Source: Neophaeotheca triangularis (Eukaryota). Taken from it: a stretch of 64,000 bases of DNA. This document shows positions 25,601 to 35,653 of this stretch, in pieces. How positions within the stretch are numbered: position 1 is the first letter of the stretch; each line of letters starts with the position of its first letter. The notes beneath the pieces were generated by a model. That model had not been told where the DNA came from and made no database searches. It saw only the letters and a list, made by a program, of their open reading frames with translations. Where the stretch lies: NCBI GenBank assembly GCA_054600435.1, contig BAAIJX010000049.1, positions 1 through 64,000 of the forward strand, read 5' to 3'. The position numbers and the translations under genes were made by a program.

Positions 25601-26647
25601 CATCGCTACACTCGCTGCGCCTTCAACGGAGTAAGGTGACGGTGATCCCATTCTGCCCTCTTCCAGAAAGCCGTGTGCACTTGCCGCTCTGGGGCCAAAC
25701 GACTTTGACGCTGAAGGCGGAGAGCTGAAGCTGTCGAAGTGATTTCCGGCGTAGCTACTAGTACTCCGCGACATGCCCCCGGGCGGCAGCGGTGGCCCCA
25801 GGAGTCCCTGACCGCTACCAAGATTTCCCACCAGCCTTCGCAGGCTGTTGCGGATATCTTCGTCTCGCGCATTGGTGGCATCTTTGAGAGAGATGAGGTC
25901 TGTCGCGTTGTCCTTGCTCCTTCTGCTGAGATTGGCCATCTCACGCTGTAGACTGGTAGCAATCGTCGTCAGATGGAGGATTTGCGCGTTGAAGTCGTGC
26001 TGGTTGTTGACACGCTGGGGCGTAGGCGTGCCAGGGTTGCTATTCGTAACGTCATTGAAGGGTTGGTCTGGTACCTGCATGGTCTGTAGTGCGAGCATCG
26101 TGGCGGACGGTGGTGTGTTCTCCCCGTAGATCGACCGGGTCGCATGTCTTGCGGATGGTCGGAGATTGGGTGTGTCCTTGAACGCGTCGCGCGCACCCGG
26201 CGTAGGCGTAGTCGACCTCTCAGGAGATCGCTCTGCCGGTCCAAAGTAGTCCCTGCCCCCCGCACTCGAATAGGGAGTCTCTCCACCAGTCCTTGAGGCA
26301 GGACGTTCGCGCTCGGGGGACTTCTCAGGCGACCTGTTCCCGTCCAAGTAGTTCCTGAGATCTCTGACGTGTCCGGGCTGTAGCGACTGCATGCGCCTGT
26401 GGTGTGCGCCCCTGATCAAGCTCCTATCTGGCGAAGTCTCGGGCGTCGCGTTCCTGGTGTAGGAGCTCAGCGGCACGTTCTCTCGCGCCCTTTCGGACAG
26501 CTGCTTGGCCGCTGCCGCGATGTTGGCCGACGTGTTTGCCTTTGTAGTCGGGCTCCCAACGCCAGGGTTAATTGGCAGCGGTGGTGGCGCGCGTTCCGGG
26601 TCTGAGCTGTCCCACCTGCGTTTAAACTTGGTCAGCGCACTCTTCAT
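19679..26647 (-). CDS. Large acidic coiled-coil protein (2322 aa) of unknown function
   Basis: Uninterrupted 7-kb ORF. N-terminal WDSSDPERAPPPLP motif, long Glu/Leu-rich heptads, C-terminal coiled coil and disordered tail. Confidence 0.9.
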   Translation of the reverse strand: MKSALTKFKRRWDSSDPERAPPPLPINPGVGSPTTKANTSANIAAAAKQLSERARENVPLSSYTRNATPETSPDRSLIRGAHHRRMQSLQPGHVRDLRNYLDGNRSPEKSPERERPASRTGGETPYSSAGGRDYFGPAERSPERSTTPTPGARDAFKDTPNLRPSARHATRSIYGENTPPSATMLALQTMQVPDQPFNDVTNSNPGTPTPQRVNNQHDFNAQILHLTTIATSLQREMANLSRRSKDNATDLISLKDATNARDEDIRNSLRRLVGNLGSGQGLLGPPLPPGGMSRSTSSYAGNHFDSFSSPPSASKSFGPRAASAHGFLEEGRMGSPSPYSVEGAASVAMLEKIIREMVTKEGQERLLSTLSELMEKSSKDNSDATKKVEELADFIKEKSQCSALVPVQSADGGPPKLELDFDNPNAVAAARGAALKEEHKKGVPLTDEVMKILQRIKDSVSTNGGMTSEVKGKVHDLRGEILGMGRELGQKLDQIGETQLTSTLDRSIEEGQNKISPEDVQQIVEESMGELKQHLNTVMQQRAEQDDNAFRQVAVANSGPSSDEIFAMVKHALAEHGDSLVKREPDTENVNIDRNGILEAVQEGLKDFEPNIELQQYGLERDEILTVLKEGLEEHVSNKAEPGPVSVDKAEVYEVMQQALKDFQPYSKADLTTGMKEELLSGVREALADFKPETAKGASMDEEATRAAMVEAVKEGLANHGPNAPRELEISRDDLFDAVKASLDGSSVPFGGLGEQVLSQLKELIDGMRVEFKEYSAANGRDTEQVLDTVKDGLETLRAEIESYVDRAQDVTGKDEIVDTVKGGLEQLRADVQGYVAHGPEGGKSEMLDYIKAEFEHLHAAVAERDGGAPHEAGNESSSPSAATTAAAILYIKEALENLKSRDGAKSSDEEDERTEEMLEAMKEEFEQLKASVLNTSNADKNEIMETIQDSMGALHSKLNGTDGGSIAGGNHDEILTAMREEFALLKEGINKSPMTDGEQDGIIAAVRQTIDDLRTQLSADQSDASAESLGAIKEELERFKESMGSSLVAPAGAESSKALDDDSLASLSKGLEEIKEAIAQRSGNGITDDQLEAIRGEFENLRTSLGNSVVGGNPGSNDELLDAVRLGMDDLRSDFAKKVDDPERSMGHHNEVLDALNEGLENLRSDVVKTLDKPLDMTVNYEILDTLKEGLSSLRSEMEKLQGAEKPESSRGGEIVLAEGAETGDAKEAPAGDDAPAAATAAAPDSLKRSDLEKVEVLLAQLQIKVEAMDATVQDLPASQQSSAPAEGIEMKEDLVAMTVVLGQIQDSVKEVAGRDTNAPEGAARKEDTDALETLLRNTKAQLDEMALPDAATAVSKEHLDAVEAVVRVTNEAVEGLAEKLENTTAAKADVAVVEVLAQEVKDALDELKEKMPAPPSEEDEGKQMTKADLDVLGVLCTDIKTKIEELNLPDPGEAPSKADIEQLQGLIDDFRESHDKMKDSYETDIGVTAKAFDDRAKEHEATVEQIGEVKEMLESVKTELLAKLAEGESGVDTLGETIKGLEEKTSNEAVTAEIKAIAETLASEFERAHGSIEAIKTDTEEKSSAALEKQAEHKGAVVTELGEKLDTLFDGLMSKYDDAQHAAEEKAKVMEEKATQQQTLLDDTKSMADELKISIDTLGTALTTFTATFPDNMEKLTEESKTVFNRVEDTYSKLEETQDGLKYEHTVTREEIVKILGAVDGVQSDMTEHNPRFMMTLKEVQALVGQHFEHSQKASEQAAEHAQAVKELQDQVRGIAEESKTQTDGVREEMKTGFSALPALMPPTTETPPAPEKYDDAPVHEKLDKLMSHAEEAKESSTQLERLDQIHEKVMATAAEVSAFVAMQAKQITADHESKEREAEEVALLLERRMVQKDAIESDITSLNAEKDSLRTAVEALRAEREAMAAEKMGLRSDVSALETALHIRRDELHAMDSKAEAIERRMLEGVMNQSRTLLLQKNNKAAPQSPKKSKARDLRLPSDASAQSAQTVTSSVPGLKANHNALMKSRPPLNRAAPNSTKGAANTAERRIMSLSQINNNVPTGASAFSSLAPRGLSATANSQPMSMKRSHSVRTQNVGRKPSWGKQRRDLSTNMSRQPPSENKENDNISEEAEGFNEEGSERRTSYAPSATGTTLTYGTGSYITNDGITPGTDDRRFSYGPSDLSYGTGSYGTGSYMTGSETDRRTSLGSTINGTLGAPSSLEQQRGGSSEPARSEDAMSTGPGSRPTSSHRGEQEEEGEGKTEPLKLEAAPGGDPVADAGVMSPVSEEKRLFAPPSDSGLGADLPTAQVGGAGSEGDYFK

Positions 26648-27327
26648 GGTACCACTGGCCCCCTATCGTTGCTGCGAAGCTTCGCAGAGCAGAGCGGGAG
26701 GTGTATTCTGGGAGCTACTCACATTGGCACGCTCGACCTGCCGCTCTCGGAGATGGAATGTGAGTGTCTCTCGCGAGAACCTTCTCTCGAAGGTGTAGTC
26801 ATGGTTGTGTGGTGTGCTGTCGTATACAAGTCCAGCCGAAATGGCGAGGAATGTGCCCAGATATGCGGTTTAGTTTGTGCCGCGGTGGGCGCACAATTGC
26901 ATTGTAGTCTTTGCGCGTATAAGGTATGTCGCTCTCTTCAACGATCGTGAAAGGTAATGTGGCGAAGGAAAGTTAACTGTGCGGTCGTGGAGAGTAGTGG
27001 TATTGGTGATTGCGAGGGTGAGGTGCTATGCGCTGGCTAGCCGTTTCCTAGCTCGAGTAAACACTGAAAGGCGTCAAGTAAACAATGCCCGGGATCGGAG
27101 CTTCCAAGCTCTAAACGCCGACCAGTCCGCCTAGTCACGTGTAGTCAAATCTCAGCTGGAGTGATTTTGCGGCGAGATTTCGGCAAGAACTTTCGACGCC
27201 AAGCCAACCCACACTCGGATTTGGCGATTCCTCAACTACCTTAATCTCAGACATTCGCGGTTCGACAGCGACGCAAGAGGAGGACTCGCCTGATAACGAC
27301 AACGCCACACCCAACGACAGCGACGAA

Positions 27328-27937
27328 ATGAAGTGTAAGTATCTTGACGAGCCATACGACATGAGCGTGAGGAACTCCTTACTGACAACCTGGCGCCTGT
27401 AGTCCTCAAGACCGGCCGTGTGGTACGCTTCACGACCAATGCGACAGCAATGTCGAAAAAGATAACATATAGGCACATCATCTAACTTACTCACCCTCCA
27501 GGCCATCATCTCCCGTGGTCGCTACGCAGGAAAAAAGGTCGTCATCATCCAGCCCCAGGACAACGGCACCAAGACGCACCCATTCCCCCACGCCCTCGTC
27601 GCCGGCATCGACCGCTACCCTCTGCAAGTGACCCGCCGCATGTCCAAGACCCGCCAGAACAAGCGCAGCAAGGTCAAGCCCTTCATCAAGGTCATCAACT
27701 ACAACCACTTGATGCCTACGCGCTACACGCTCGAGTTGGAGGGTCTGAAGGGTGTTGTCACCAACGACACGTTCAAGGAGGTCAGCCAGAGGGAGGAGGC
27801 CAAGAAGACGGTCAAGAAGGCGCTGGAGGAGCGGTATGTGAGCGGGAAGAACAGGTGGTTCTTCACTCCTTTGCGTGAGTACAATCGGAGCATTTTGGGT
27901 GGAACGGCAGGCTGACAATTTTTCGCTAGGTTTTTGA
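27328..27937 (+). CDS. RPL27: 60S ribosomal protein L27 (eL27); exons 27328-27334, 27403-27422, 27502-27874, 27930-27937
   Basis: Spliced product [24 protein letters not shown]...[19 protein letters not shown]...[12 protein letters not shown]. Confidence 0.97.
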
Positions 27938-29864
27938 GCGGCTCGCCTTCTCTATGTGGGAGAGGTGGCATTACCCGGCGTCAAGCGTGGATGCTTAGAG
28001 CGGTAATACCTGCTGTAGCACCGAAATGATACTGCTCAAAACCAAGCACACTCTCTTTCAAGCGTTTTATGTTGTGATATGGCGACTTTGACTGTTTGCG
28101 GGAGTCACCAACAACAGGCATCGCGCCTTTATTAATAAGACCAGCGACTACTCGCTTTAGCTGCCTTTAACCTCGTTCCGACTTCTCTCGCTGGTTCCGT
28201 CACCCCTCGACTCCAAAGTTGCCTCAAAGTGGCTTGTTTGACTTGGAAAGCAGCTCGACCGGAAGACGTCCGCCAGCGATTCAGCACGAACTCAACACAC
28301 CCCGATCACGCGATCTTGACCCTATCCTACCAGGCTGCCTCTCAAACCTACACAAAGAAATATTTAGCAGGGCCAATGGGATGATTGCAACCTTTGAAAC
28401 CACCCGTGGAACGCAAGCAACGTATTTGCTACTGTTAGCACTCCAATACCATCGCTGGTGACATCCGCTCCGGTCGTACGACCGCACAGCCCTCGATCGG
28501 CCGGCGTCTACAAACACGTTATGAACGGCATGCTTGTCCACTTAAGGCGCAGGGATCTTGCTAGGCACCGTAGGCTGGTGGCGCACTACATTGACGCGTT
28601 ACGCTACCGCATAGCCCCCCCGGGTTACCAGCGGACGAGTTGCTAGTGCATTAGTCGACCGGTGACACCGAGCGGTTTGCTGGGTTTGTGGTCGTTGCTC
28701 TTAACGGGTGAGTAGGCCGTCGATTGATGAGTGACCTTCAATAGCCAGCTTTGGTGGACTTATAGTCGGTCACCACAACCTGGCCATGGGAGCATGCTGG
28801 CCAAATACACCGTATGGCCAGCACTTGATTGAATACAGCAGAGCACGGTAGACACAGGCATCTGAAGATAGAAGGGTAATGCATTGCTCTTCTTCCTCCC
28901 TCTCCGGCGCTTGGTTGGGGTCTACGGTCATGCGCGGTTAGGCATAGCCTATCTGGGTGTATCACCAGCAATAATGCTGTTCGTGACCCTAAATGGCGCA
29001 GCGCAGGTCTGGGGTCATGGCCGGCGTCCGTAACAGTTTCATCCAGGGCTCATTTTGATCCATTGTTCCTCGCTTTGCTCACGGGAGGCTTTCACCTCGA
29101 CAATATTTCTCTTGGAGGATGAAAACAGACCTGGAGATTCTACACTGTGCACTTCTTGTTGGGGAATAGATGTTTAAATTGGCCAGCGAAACAATTGTCC
29201 CTTTTCCGTATCTCTACAATATCGATACCTTGTTTCAACATCGCTGATAAGAGGACTCCAGGGCCGACACGCTCATGCCGCTTTTCCACGATCAATGCAA
29301 TGGGGATTGCACAGAGCTCATTAGCAGCCTATGTTTGACCAACTTGCCACTGTTCTTATTGCCTATGTCTCTACCAGGCTCTAGGTACCCCGCTGTCCTG
29401 CTCACAGCCCCTTTCACTTCGAGGTGCTAATCTCAACATTTTCTGTATTCGGTATGCGATTCGGTATGCGATTCACTCGGCGCTTCAATCGCCTATCCAT
29501 GCAGGAGGTCTCTTCTATTGGTCTTTGAAATGAGCCCGAGACTCCTTCCAAGGTTTCCTCCGGAAATGATGTGGCTCAAAAGGGTCGTCCCGTCTCTGCC
29601 CTTCCCCGTACCCCGATCTGGTGGTTTTGCGGGGAGTATTACGCTGCCAAGCCCTGACATGGTCGCCCGAGGTGTTTGATCTCGTTTGACCACAGACAGA
29701 CAGCTCCCGTCTGCTCATGGTCCATTCATCCGTGGGCAGAGCTCGAGCATCAATCACTTCCATGTTCTCTGCCCCTCTCTCACACACAACCCGTAGTCTC
29801 GTTGTTCGACAAACGTAGGTACATATCTTCGCTCTTTCTCTCATCATCTCACCCGTCTCTCGAT

Positions 29865-32145
29865 ATGGCACCTCACGCCCAAGACATAGCCTACGAAGCT
29901 TCAATCAAAGACCCTCAGAAATTTTGGGCCCATCAAGGTAAGCAAGTAAATCAAGGAAAATAATTCATCTCTACCACAGCAAAGTCCATTCCAAAGCTAA
30001 CGATAAACGCCCCAGCTCAACAACTAACCTGGCACACCCAACCCTCAACCACCTTCCGCACCTCAACCCGTACCCTCAACGATGGCACCGCCCATCCGAC
30101 CTGGACCTGGTTCCCCGACGGCGAGCTCAGCACAAGCTACAACTGCGTCGACCGCCACGTCGCAGCCGGCCACGGCGCCAACACAGCCATAATTTGGGAT
30201 AGCCCCGTCAGCGGCAGCAAGCAAAAAATCAGCTATGCCGAGCTGCAAGAGGAAGTCGCAACGCTGGCAGGTGTGCTGCGAGAAGAGGGCGTGCAAAAGG
30301 GTGACGTGGTGTTGGTCTACATGCCCATGATTCCGGCGGCGCTGATAGGGATTCTGGCCACGGTGCGGTTGGGTGCCGTGCATGCCGTCGTTTTTGGGGG
30401 TTTCTCATCTGCGTCGCTGGCGCAGCGCATTGAGGCTAGTGGTGCCAAGGTGGTTTTGACGGCTTCGTGTGGCATTGAGGGGGCTAAGGGGCCTTTGCCG
30501 TATCAACCTATGGTGCGCGGCGCTGTGGAGCAGTCGCCGCTTAAGGTTGCTCGTACGCTGGTTTGGCAGCGAGATCAGAGTAGGTGGGACGATTTGAGGG
30601 AGCAGGATGGTGAGAGGGATTGGCAGGGGCTTGTGGAGAAAGCGAAGAAGAGGGGGGTCAAGGCTGGAAATGTGCCGGTGAAGAGCGACGATGGTCTGTA
30701 CATCATCTACACCTCAGGGACTACTGGATTGCCTAAGGGAGTGGTGCGAGAGGCTGGCGGCCATGCCGTTGGTCTGAACCTGAGCATTCGCTACATGTTC
30801 GGCATTCGCGGGCCAGGGGATGTTATGTTCACTGCAAGTGATATTGGCTGGGTAGTCGGGCACTCGTACATCATCTACGCGCCTTTGCTGGCAGGAGCCA
30901 CGACGGTGCTCTTCGAAGGCAAGCCTGTCGGGACCCCCGACGCCGGCACTTTCTGGCGCATATTGGAAGAACACAAAGTCAACTCCCTCTTCACGGCCCC
31001 AACAGCCCTGCGTGCAATCCGCAAAGAAGATCCCGAAAACAAGCTCTTCTCGGCGCGTGGGCGACAAGGTGGGCTCAAGAACCTCCGCGCTCTCTACCTA
31101 GCCGGCGAGCGCAGCGAACCAAGCATCGTCAGCATGTATGCAGATCTCTTGAAAGAGCACTGCGCCCCCGGCGCAACCGTCATCGACAATTGGTGGTCCT
31201 CGGAATCCGGCAGCCCCATCTCAGGACTTGCAATGTTGCCGGCAACGGGGCGAGATTTCCGCGACAAAACTTTCCACCCGACATTGCCGATCAAACCCGG
31301 CTCAGCGGGCAAACCGGCTCCTGGCTTTGACGTGCGGATCGTGGACGATGAGGGCAAGGATGTGCCGCAAGGCGAGATGGGTAATATCGTGCTCGCGATG
31401 CCTCTGGCTCCAACGGGGCTTACGACGCTGTGGAAGGACCCCGAACGCTTTTATAAGGGGTATTTGAAGCGCTTTGAGGGGAAGTTTATCGATACGGGGG
31501 ATGCGGGAATGATTGATGAGGATGGTGAGTCGATTACACCCCTTCCTTTCTCAACTAAGCCATCAGAGCAAGTGCCAAGCGCAAGGAAGAGTCGCAACAT
31601 CCCCTCCAACCCCCCTTCAAAAGCCCACAACTAATTCCCTCCTTCCCCCAAACATAGGCTACATCAGCATAATGTCCCGCAGCGACGACATCCTCAACGT
31701 CGCCGCCCACCGCCTCTCCACTGGCGCTCTCGAACAAACCCTCACAGCTCATCCCCTCGTCACCGAAGCTTCAGTGATCCCTCTCCCCGACCAGCTCAAA
31801 GGCCAAGTCCCCTTCGCCATCCTCGCCCTCAGCGATTCCCATACCGTGCCCAGCAATTCCGAATTGCTTCAGGATTTGAACGCACGGATCCGGCAAAGTA
31901 TTGGCCCGATTGCAGTTCTAGGGGGCGTTATTGTGGGACAGGGGATTATTCCGAGAACCCGTAGTGGGAAGACGCTGAGGAGGGTTTTGAGGGAGATCGT
32001 TGAGTTGGGGAGTAAGGGGGATTGGGAGGGGAAGGTGAATGTGCCGGCTACGGTTGAGGATGCCGGTGTTGTTGAGAAGGCTAGGAAGGCGGTTAGAGAG
32101 TATTTTGAGAAGGGGGAGGGGGCGAAGGTTAAGGCAAAGTTGTAG
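29865..32145 (+). CDS. Propionyl-CoA/acetyl-CoA synthetase-like enzyme (ACSS3/PrpE type) with C-terminal PTS1 (AKL); introns 29938-30015 and 31525-31657
   Basis: Motifs WFPDGELSTSYNCVDRHV, YTSGTTGLPKGV, SDIGWVVGHSY, DNWWSSESGSP, DTGD, SRSDDILNVAAHRL, PRTRSGKTLRR; ends KVKAKL. Confidence 0.92.
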
Positions 32146-32597
32146 GGGGGAGTTTGGCACACGGAGAGCGACATTTTGTACTTATCGATCATCACACGAG
32201 AACGACTATCCAATAACCCAGTGGTACGTGCTGACATCTACGTGCTAGCATCTTCCCGGGTTGTACTGCGCTGCTACCCTTTGTAGTACTACATAGTACG
32301 ATTGATCCGGCAAGCCTACACTCGCCAACCCGGTGGCTACTGTAGGGCCTGGATTTCGCAGCTACCGCCGGGGAACGAAGGGGTTTAGGTAGCCGGGCTG
32401 ACTGTAAGGGTTCCTGGCGGACATCAGTTCCTCTTGATTCGAGACCTAGTTGTGGCGGTAGAGGAGTCTTTAGACTCATGACGGTCGCTTCTTTTAGTTA
32501 CTAAGAGGTGAGAAGGGCTCGTTGTGGCCGAGAGGCTGAAGTACGTAGCATTTTAGCACGGGCGATGAAATAAGAATCGCCTTAGTCATTACCCATT

Positions 32598-33515
32598 TCA
32601 TACCGACGTCCCACTGTCGACAACAATGTTCTGTCCTGTGACCGATTTGCTCAGGGCAAGTACTCTGACTTGATCCGCCACATCCTATCACGAACACATT
32701 AGCACCTGTCCCCCACGGCCCTTCCCCCAGCATAACCCAACCGCATCCAAAACTCACCTCAACAGTCGGCAAACGCTTCAACCTCGTCGCCTCCCTCGCC
32801 TTCTCCCTCTTCTCCTCGGGAAACTGCAACCCCCACTCCGTCAACAACAACCCAGGACTAACAGCATTAACCCTAACCCCGGGCCCGCAAATCCCCGCGA
32901 GCGCCTTGGTCAAATGCACCGCCGCCGCCTTGGTGACCGAATACGCCAACGAGCTACCCCCAGGTTTGACACCGGCCACACTCGCCGTCGTCACGAAAGC
33001 GCCCTCGCTGGCCTCCAACGCCGGCCGCGCCGCGTGCATCAGCCACAAGTGCGCTTTCACGTTGTAGAGGAAGCACTTGTCCCAGTCGCTCTCGAGCACG
33101 TTGTCGTCGAGATTGTTGAAGTCGGTCAGTCGCGTCCAGCCGGCGTTGGAGATCACGACGTCCAGCCGGCCGAAAGTCTGCACGGTTTCGGTCACGAGGG
33201 CTTGCAGGGCCGGGCGCGAGCCGACGTCTGCGCGGATGGAGTGAAAGCGGGGGCCCGAGGGGGTGTTGCCATTGGGGTTGGAGGTGACGGGGATTTCGTG
33301 GAGTTCGCTGAGCAGTTCTTGGGCTCGGGTGGTGTTGTTGGCGTAGTTTATGCACTTTTTGTTGGTGGTTTTGGTTTTAGTGGAAGGTCTGTGGCGGTTT
33401 GGCCGAGTGTTTTGGTGGTGCTTACGACTCGGAAGTCTGGTGCTAGTACTCGTGCTATTTGAGCTCCTAGACCTGCTGTTCCTGCTGTGATTAGCGCTAC
33501 TTTCTGAATTGCCAT
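32598..33515 (-). CDS. Classical short-chain dehydrogenase/reductase; exons 33515-33426, 33354-32758, 32684-32598
   Basis: Motifs ALITAGTAGLG, DVVISNAG, catalytic YSVTK, VRVNAVSPG, SVTGQNIVVDSG. Confidence 0.9.
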
Positions 33516-34865
33516 TTCTCGTGGAGTGCCGTGCGGTGCGATAATGTTGACTCGTATGTGTGTGAGGAGGCACAAGGCAGGATCGATTGTAGAGACAGAG
33601 CTGTATGTCCCCCTCATCTACCAGCGCCAATTGTGCCGTTGTCGGAGAAGACCAGGTGCTCTCACAGAATCACCTGTCATGGTTGATCACAACGCTGCTG
33701 GGATAAGATCAGGAACTCAAGGTAGACTGTTCGATCGATCCGAAAGTAAGCAAACTGCATGCTCTTAATACAGTACCAGAAAACACGAGTACGACAATAG
33801 TCTCTACGGCGCGTACAAGTCAATGTTGCCTCAGAGTAGTCGCTCTGTCTGTTCTCCTCGAAGTCTCTTGACGTTTCATGACCAAGTAACGAGGGATATA
33901 GCAATGTGATCGCAGTTTCAAACGGTTCGTAAAGATTAATATAAATCGTCTGTTGTCCAGTCTAATCGGGCCTCGCCGCTAGCTCCTAAGAATTGTTTCC
34001 ATCGGCAAGACCGTGCCAATTGATTGTCTACATGCGATGATTTGAAGCGGTATGCAACGACAACAACCTCCGTAGAGTGACCGGCCACGGATGCCTCCCC
34101 CGAAAACGTGCAATACTGCCCTGCTTCGCTTCCAGAAGACCCGGAGATAGGGTGCTTGACCGCCCACCTCGGCTCCACCGACGCCCTTGTCGATCGAGGC
34201 ACCCCTGCTCAACGCCCCAATCCCGGGTCGTCCAAATCAGGTGACTTTACCGAGATGCACCCCAACCGTCCTAGTCTCCTAGACTCTAACAGTCCTTTCT
34301 GCCGGGACCGAACGCTAGGCCGCCTTGTTCCAACACAACCGGCTTCTTGGTTCCCCTCACGAATCCTCCGGAGGTGCGAAAGAGATGTTCAACTGTTTGG
34401 GTTCGTATCTCGACTGGCGCCTGTCCCGCAGCCAACTGGGCGCAAGTGTAGATTGCCCGTCCGGGATGGGAAATGTCCTATTCGTCGGCTGCGCAGTACG
34501 CAGGCTGGCGGTCTGCCGGAGGCATTGAAGGATTCTTCGGGCTGTAGATCCGAGTCCGACGGATAAACTCGAGTGTCGATCAGGCACGAAGCCATTGGTT
34601 TGGGTAGGAACGGAGGTTCATCTTGGGCCTAAAAGCATAACTCGGTCTGCAGTATGCATGAATTGCAATGGGTCCTTACAGACCAGCTCATAGAATTGTG
34701 CTCGACTGAACGCGTTCTTCAGATGCTTGTCAGCATGCAAGCCCAATGCACGCGTGCGCAACCGGTGTGGTAAGATCGTAGGGCCAAACAAAGCGGTTCC
34801 GCGACTCTTGGAAGGTGAACACGTTGCTGAATGAAAGATGTTTGTCCATGATCGGGCCGTGTCTT

Positions 34866-35653
34866 TCACAAGATGACACACTTGTTACTTCGGCTATGGC
34901 GGTCCCTCGTGCGAGTTCGACCTTTGGGGTAATATCGTGACTTCTCGCCATTCTCAGTCTTGGACCTTGGGTAGTGCTTCGAGTCGCTGCCACGGTCCGA
35001 TCGAGGCATGCTGCTTCGTTGACGCCGTAGTTGCCTCACCACGTCGTAGAAAGCCTTTTCCACGTTGACGCAGTTCTTAGCGGATGCTTCGACGAAATCG
35101 CAACCGAGCTGTTTGGCGAGCGCCTGGCCTTCTTGGGTCGAGACCTCCCTCTCCGTCACTCTGTCGCATTTGTTGCCAACAAGCATGACCGGTGCTGGAC
35201 CTTGAGAGCTCGGTGTCGTTTGCGAGAGCGGTGAGCCTGGGTATGTGGGCGAGCTGGCGGCCGCCGACTCCTTGACTCGCTGGATCTGAGAATAGAACCG
35301 CTGGATGCGTGAGAAAGATGATCGTGAAGAAATGCTGTAGACGAGGACAAAGCCCTCCCCGTCTCTTATCCACTGGTCGCGCAATGCTGTGTACTCCTCT
35401 TGTCCCGCTGTATCCAAGACTTCTAACATGCACGATTGCCCATCTATTTGAACTTGCTTTCTATACGAATCTTCGATGGTGGGGTCGTACGTTTCGACAA
35501 AGTGGTTCAGGCACAACTATGATCTGGGTATTAGCCTTGTGATCACAGGACACAAGTTTAGACGGAAGTGCATACCTGTATGGTGAGCGCGGTCTTTCCG
35601 ACACCACCGTCTCCCAACACCACCAGCTTGTACAGCGTCATCATCTTCGACAT
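34866..35653 (-). CDS. RAS2: Ras small GTPase (Ras2/RasB type); intron 35575-35517
   Basis: Motifs [59 protein letters not shown], EASAK; CaaX terminus CVIL. Confidence 0.95.

Noticed and set aside
19860..26130. Many + strand ORFs opposite the 2322-aa gene (similar ones lie opposite GND1, UTP18 and PEX7)
   Set aside because: Antisense shadows caused by codon bias of the real genes.
32868..32880. TAACCCTAACCC telomere-like motif
   Set aside because: Only two units, and they lie inside SDR coding sequence (VRVN codons on the minus strand).
17523..33515. PRISE reductase, acyl-CoA synthetase and SDR as a secondary-metabolite cluster
   Set aside because: No backbone synthase, transporter or cluster regulator, and the genes are interspersed with housekeeping genes.
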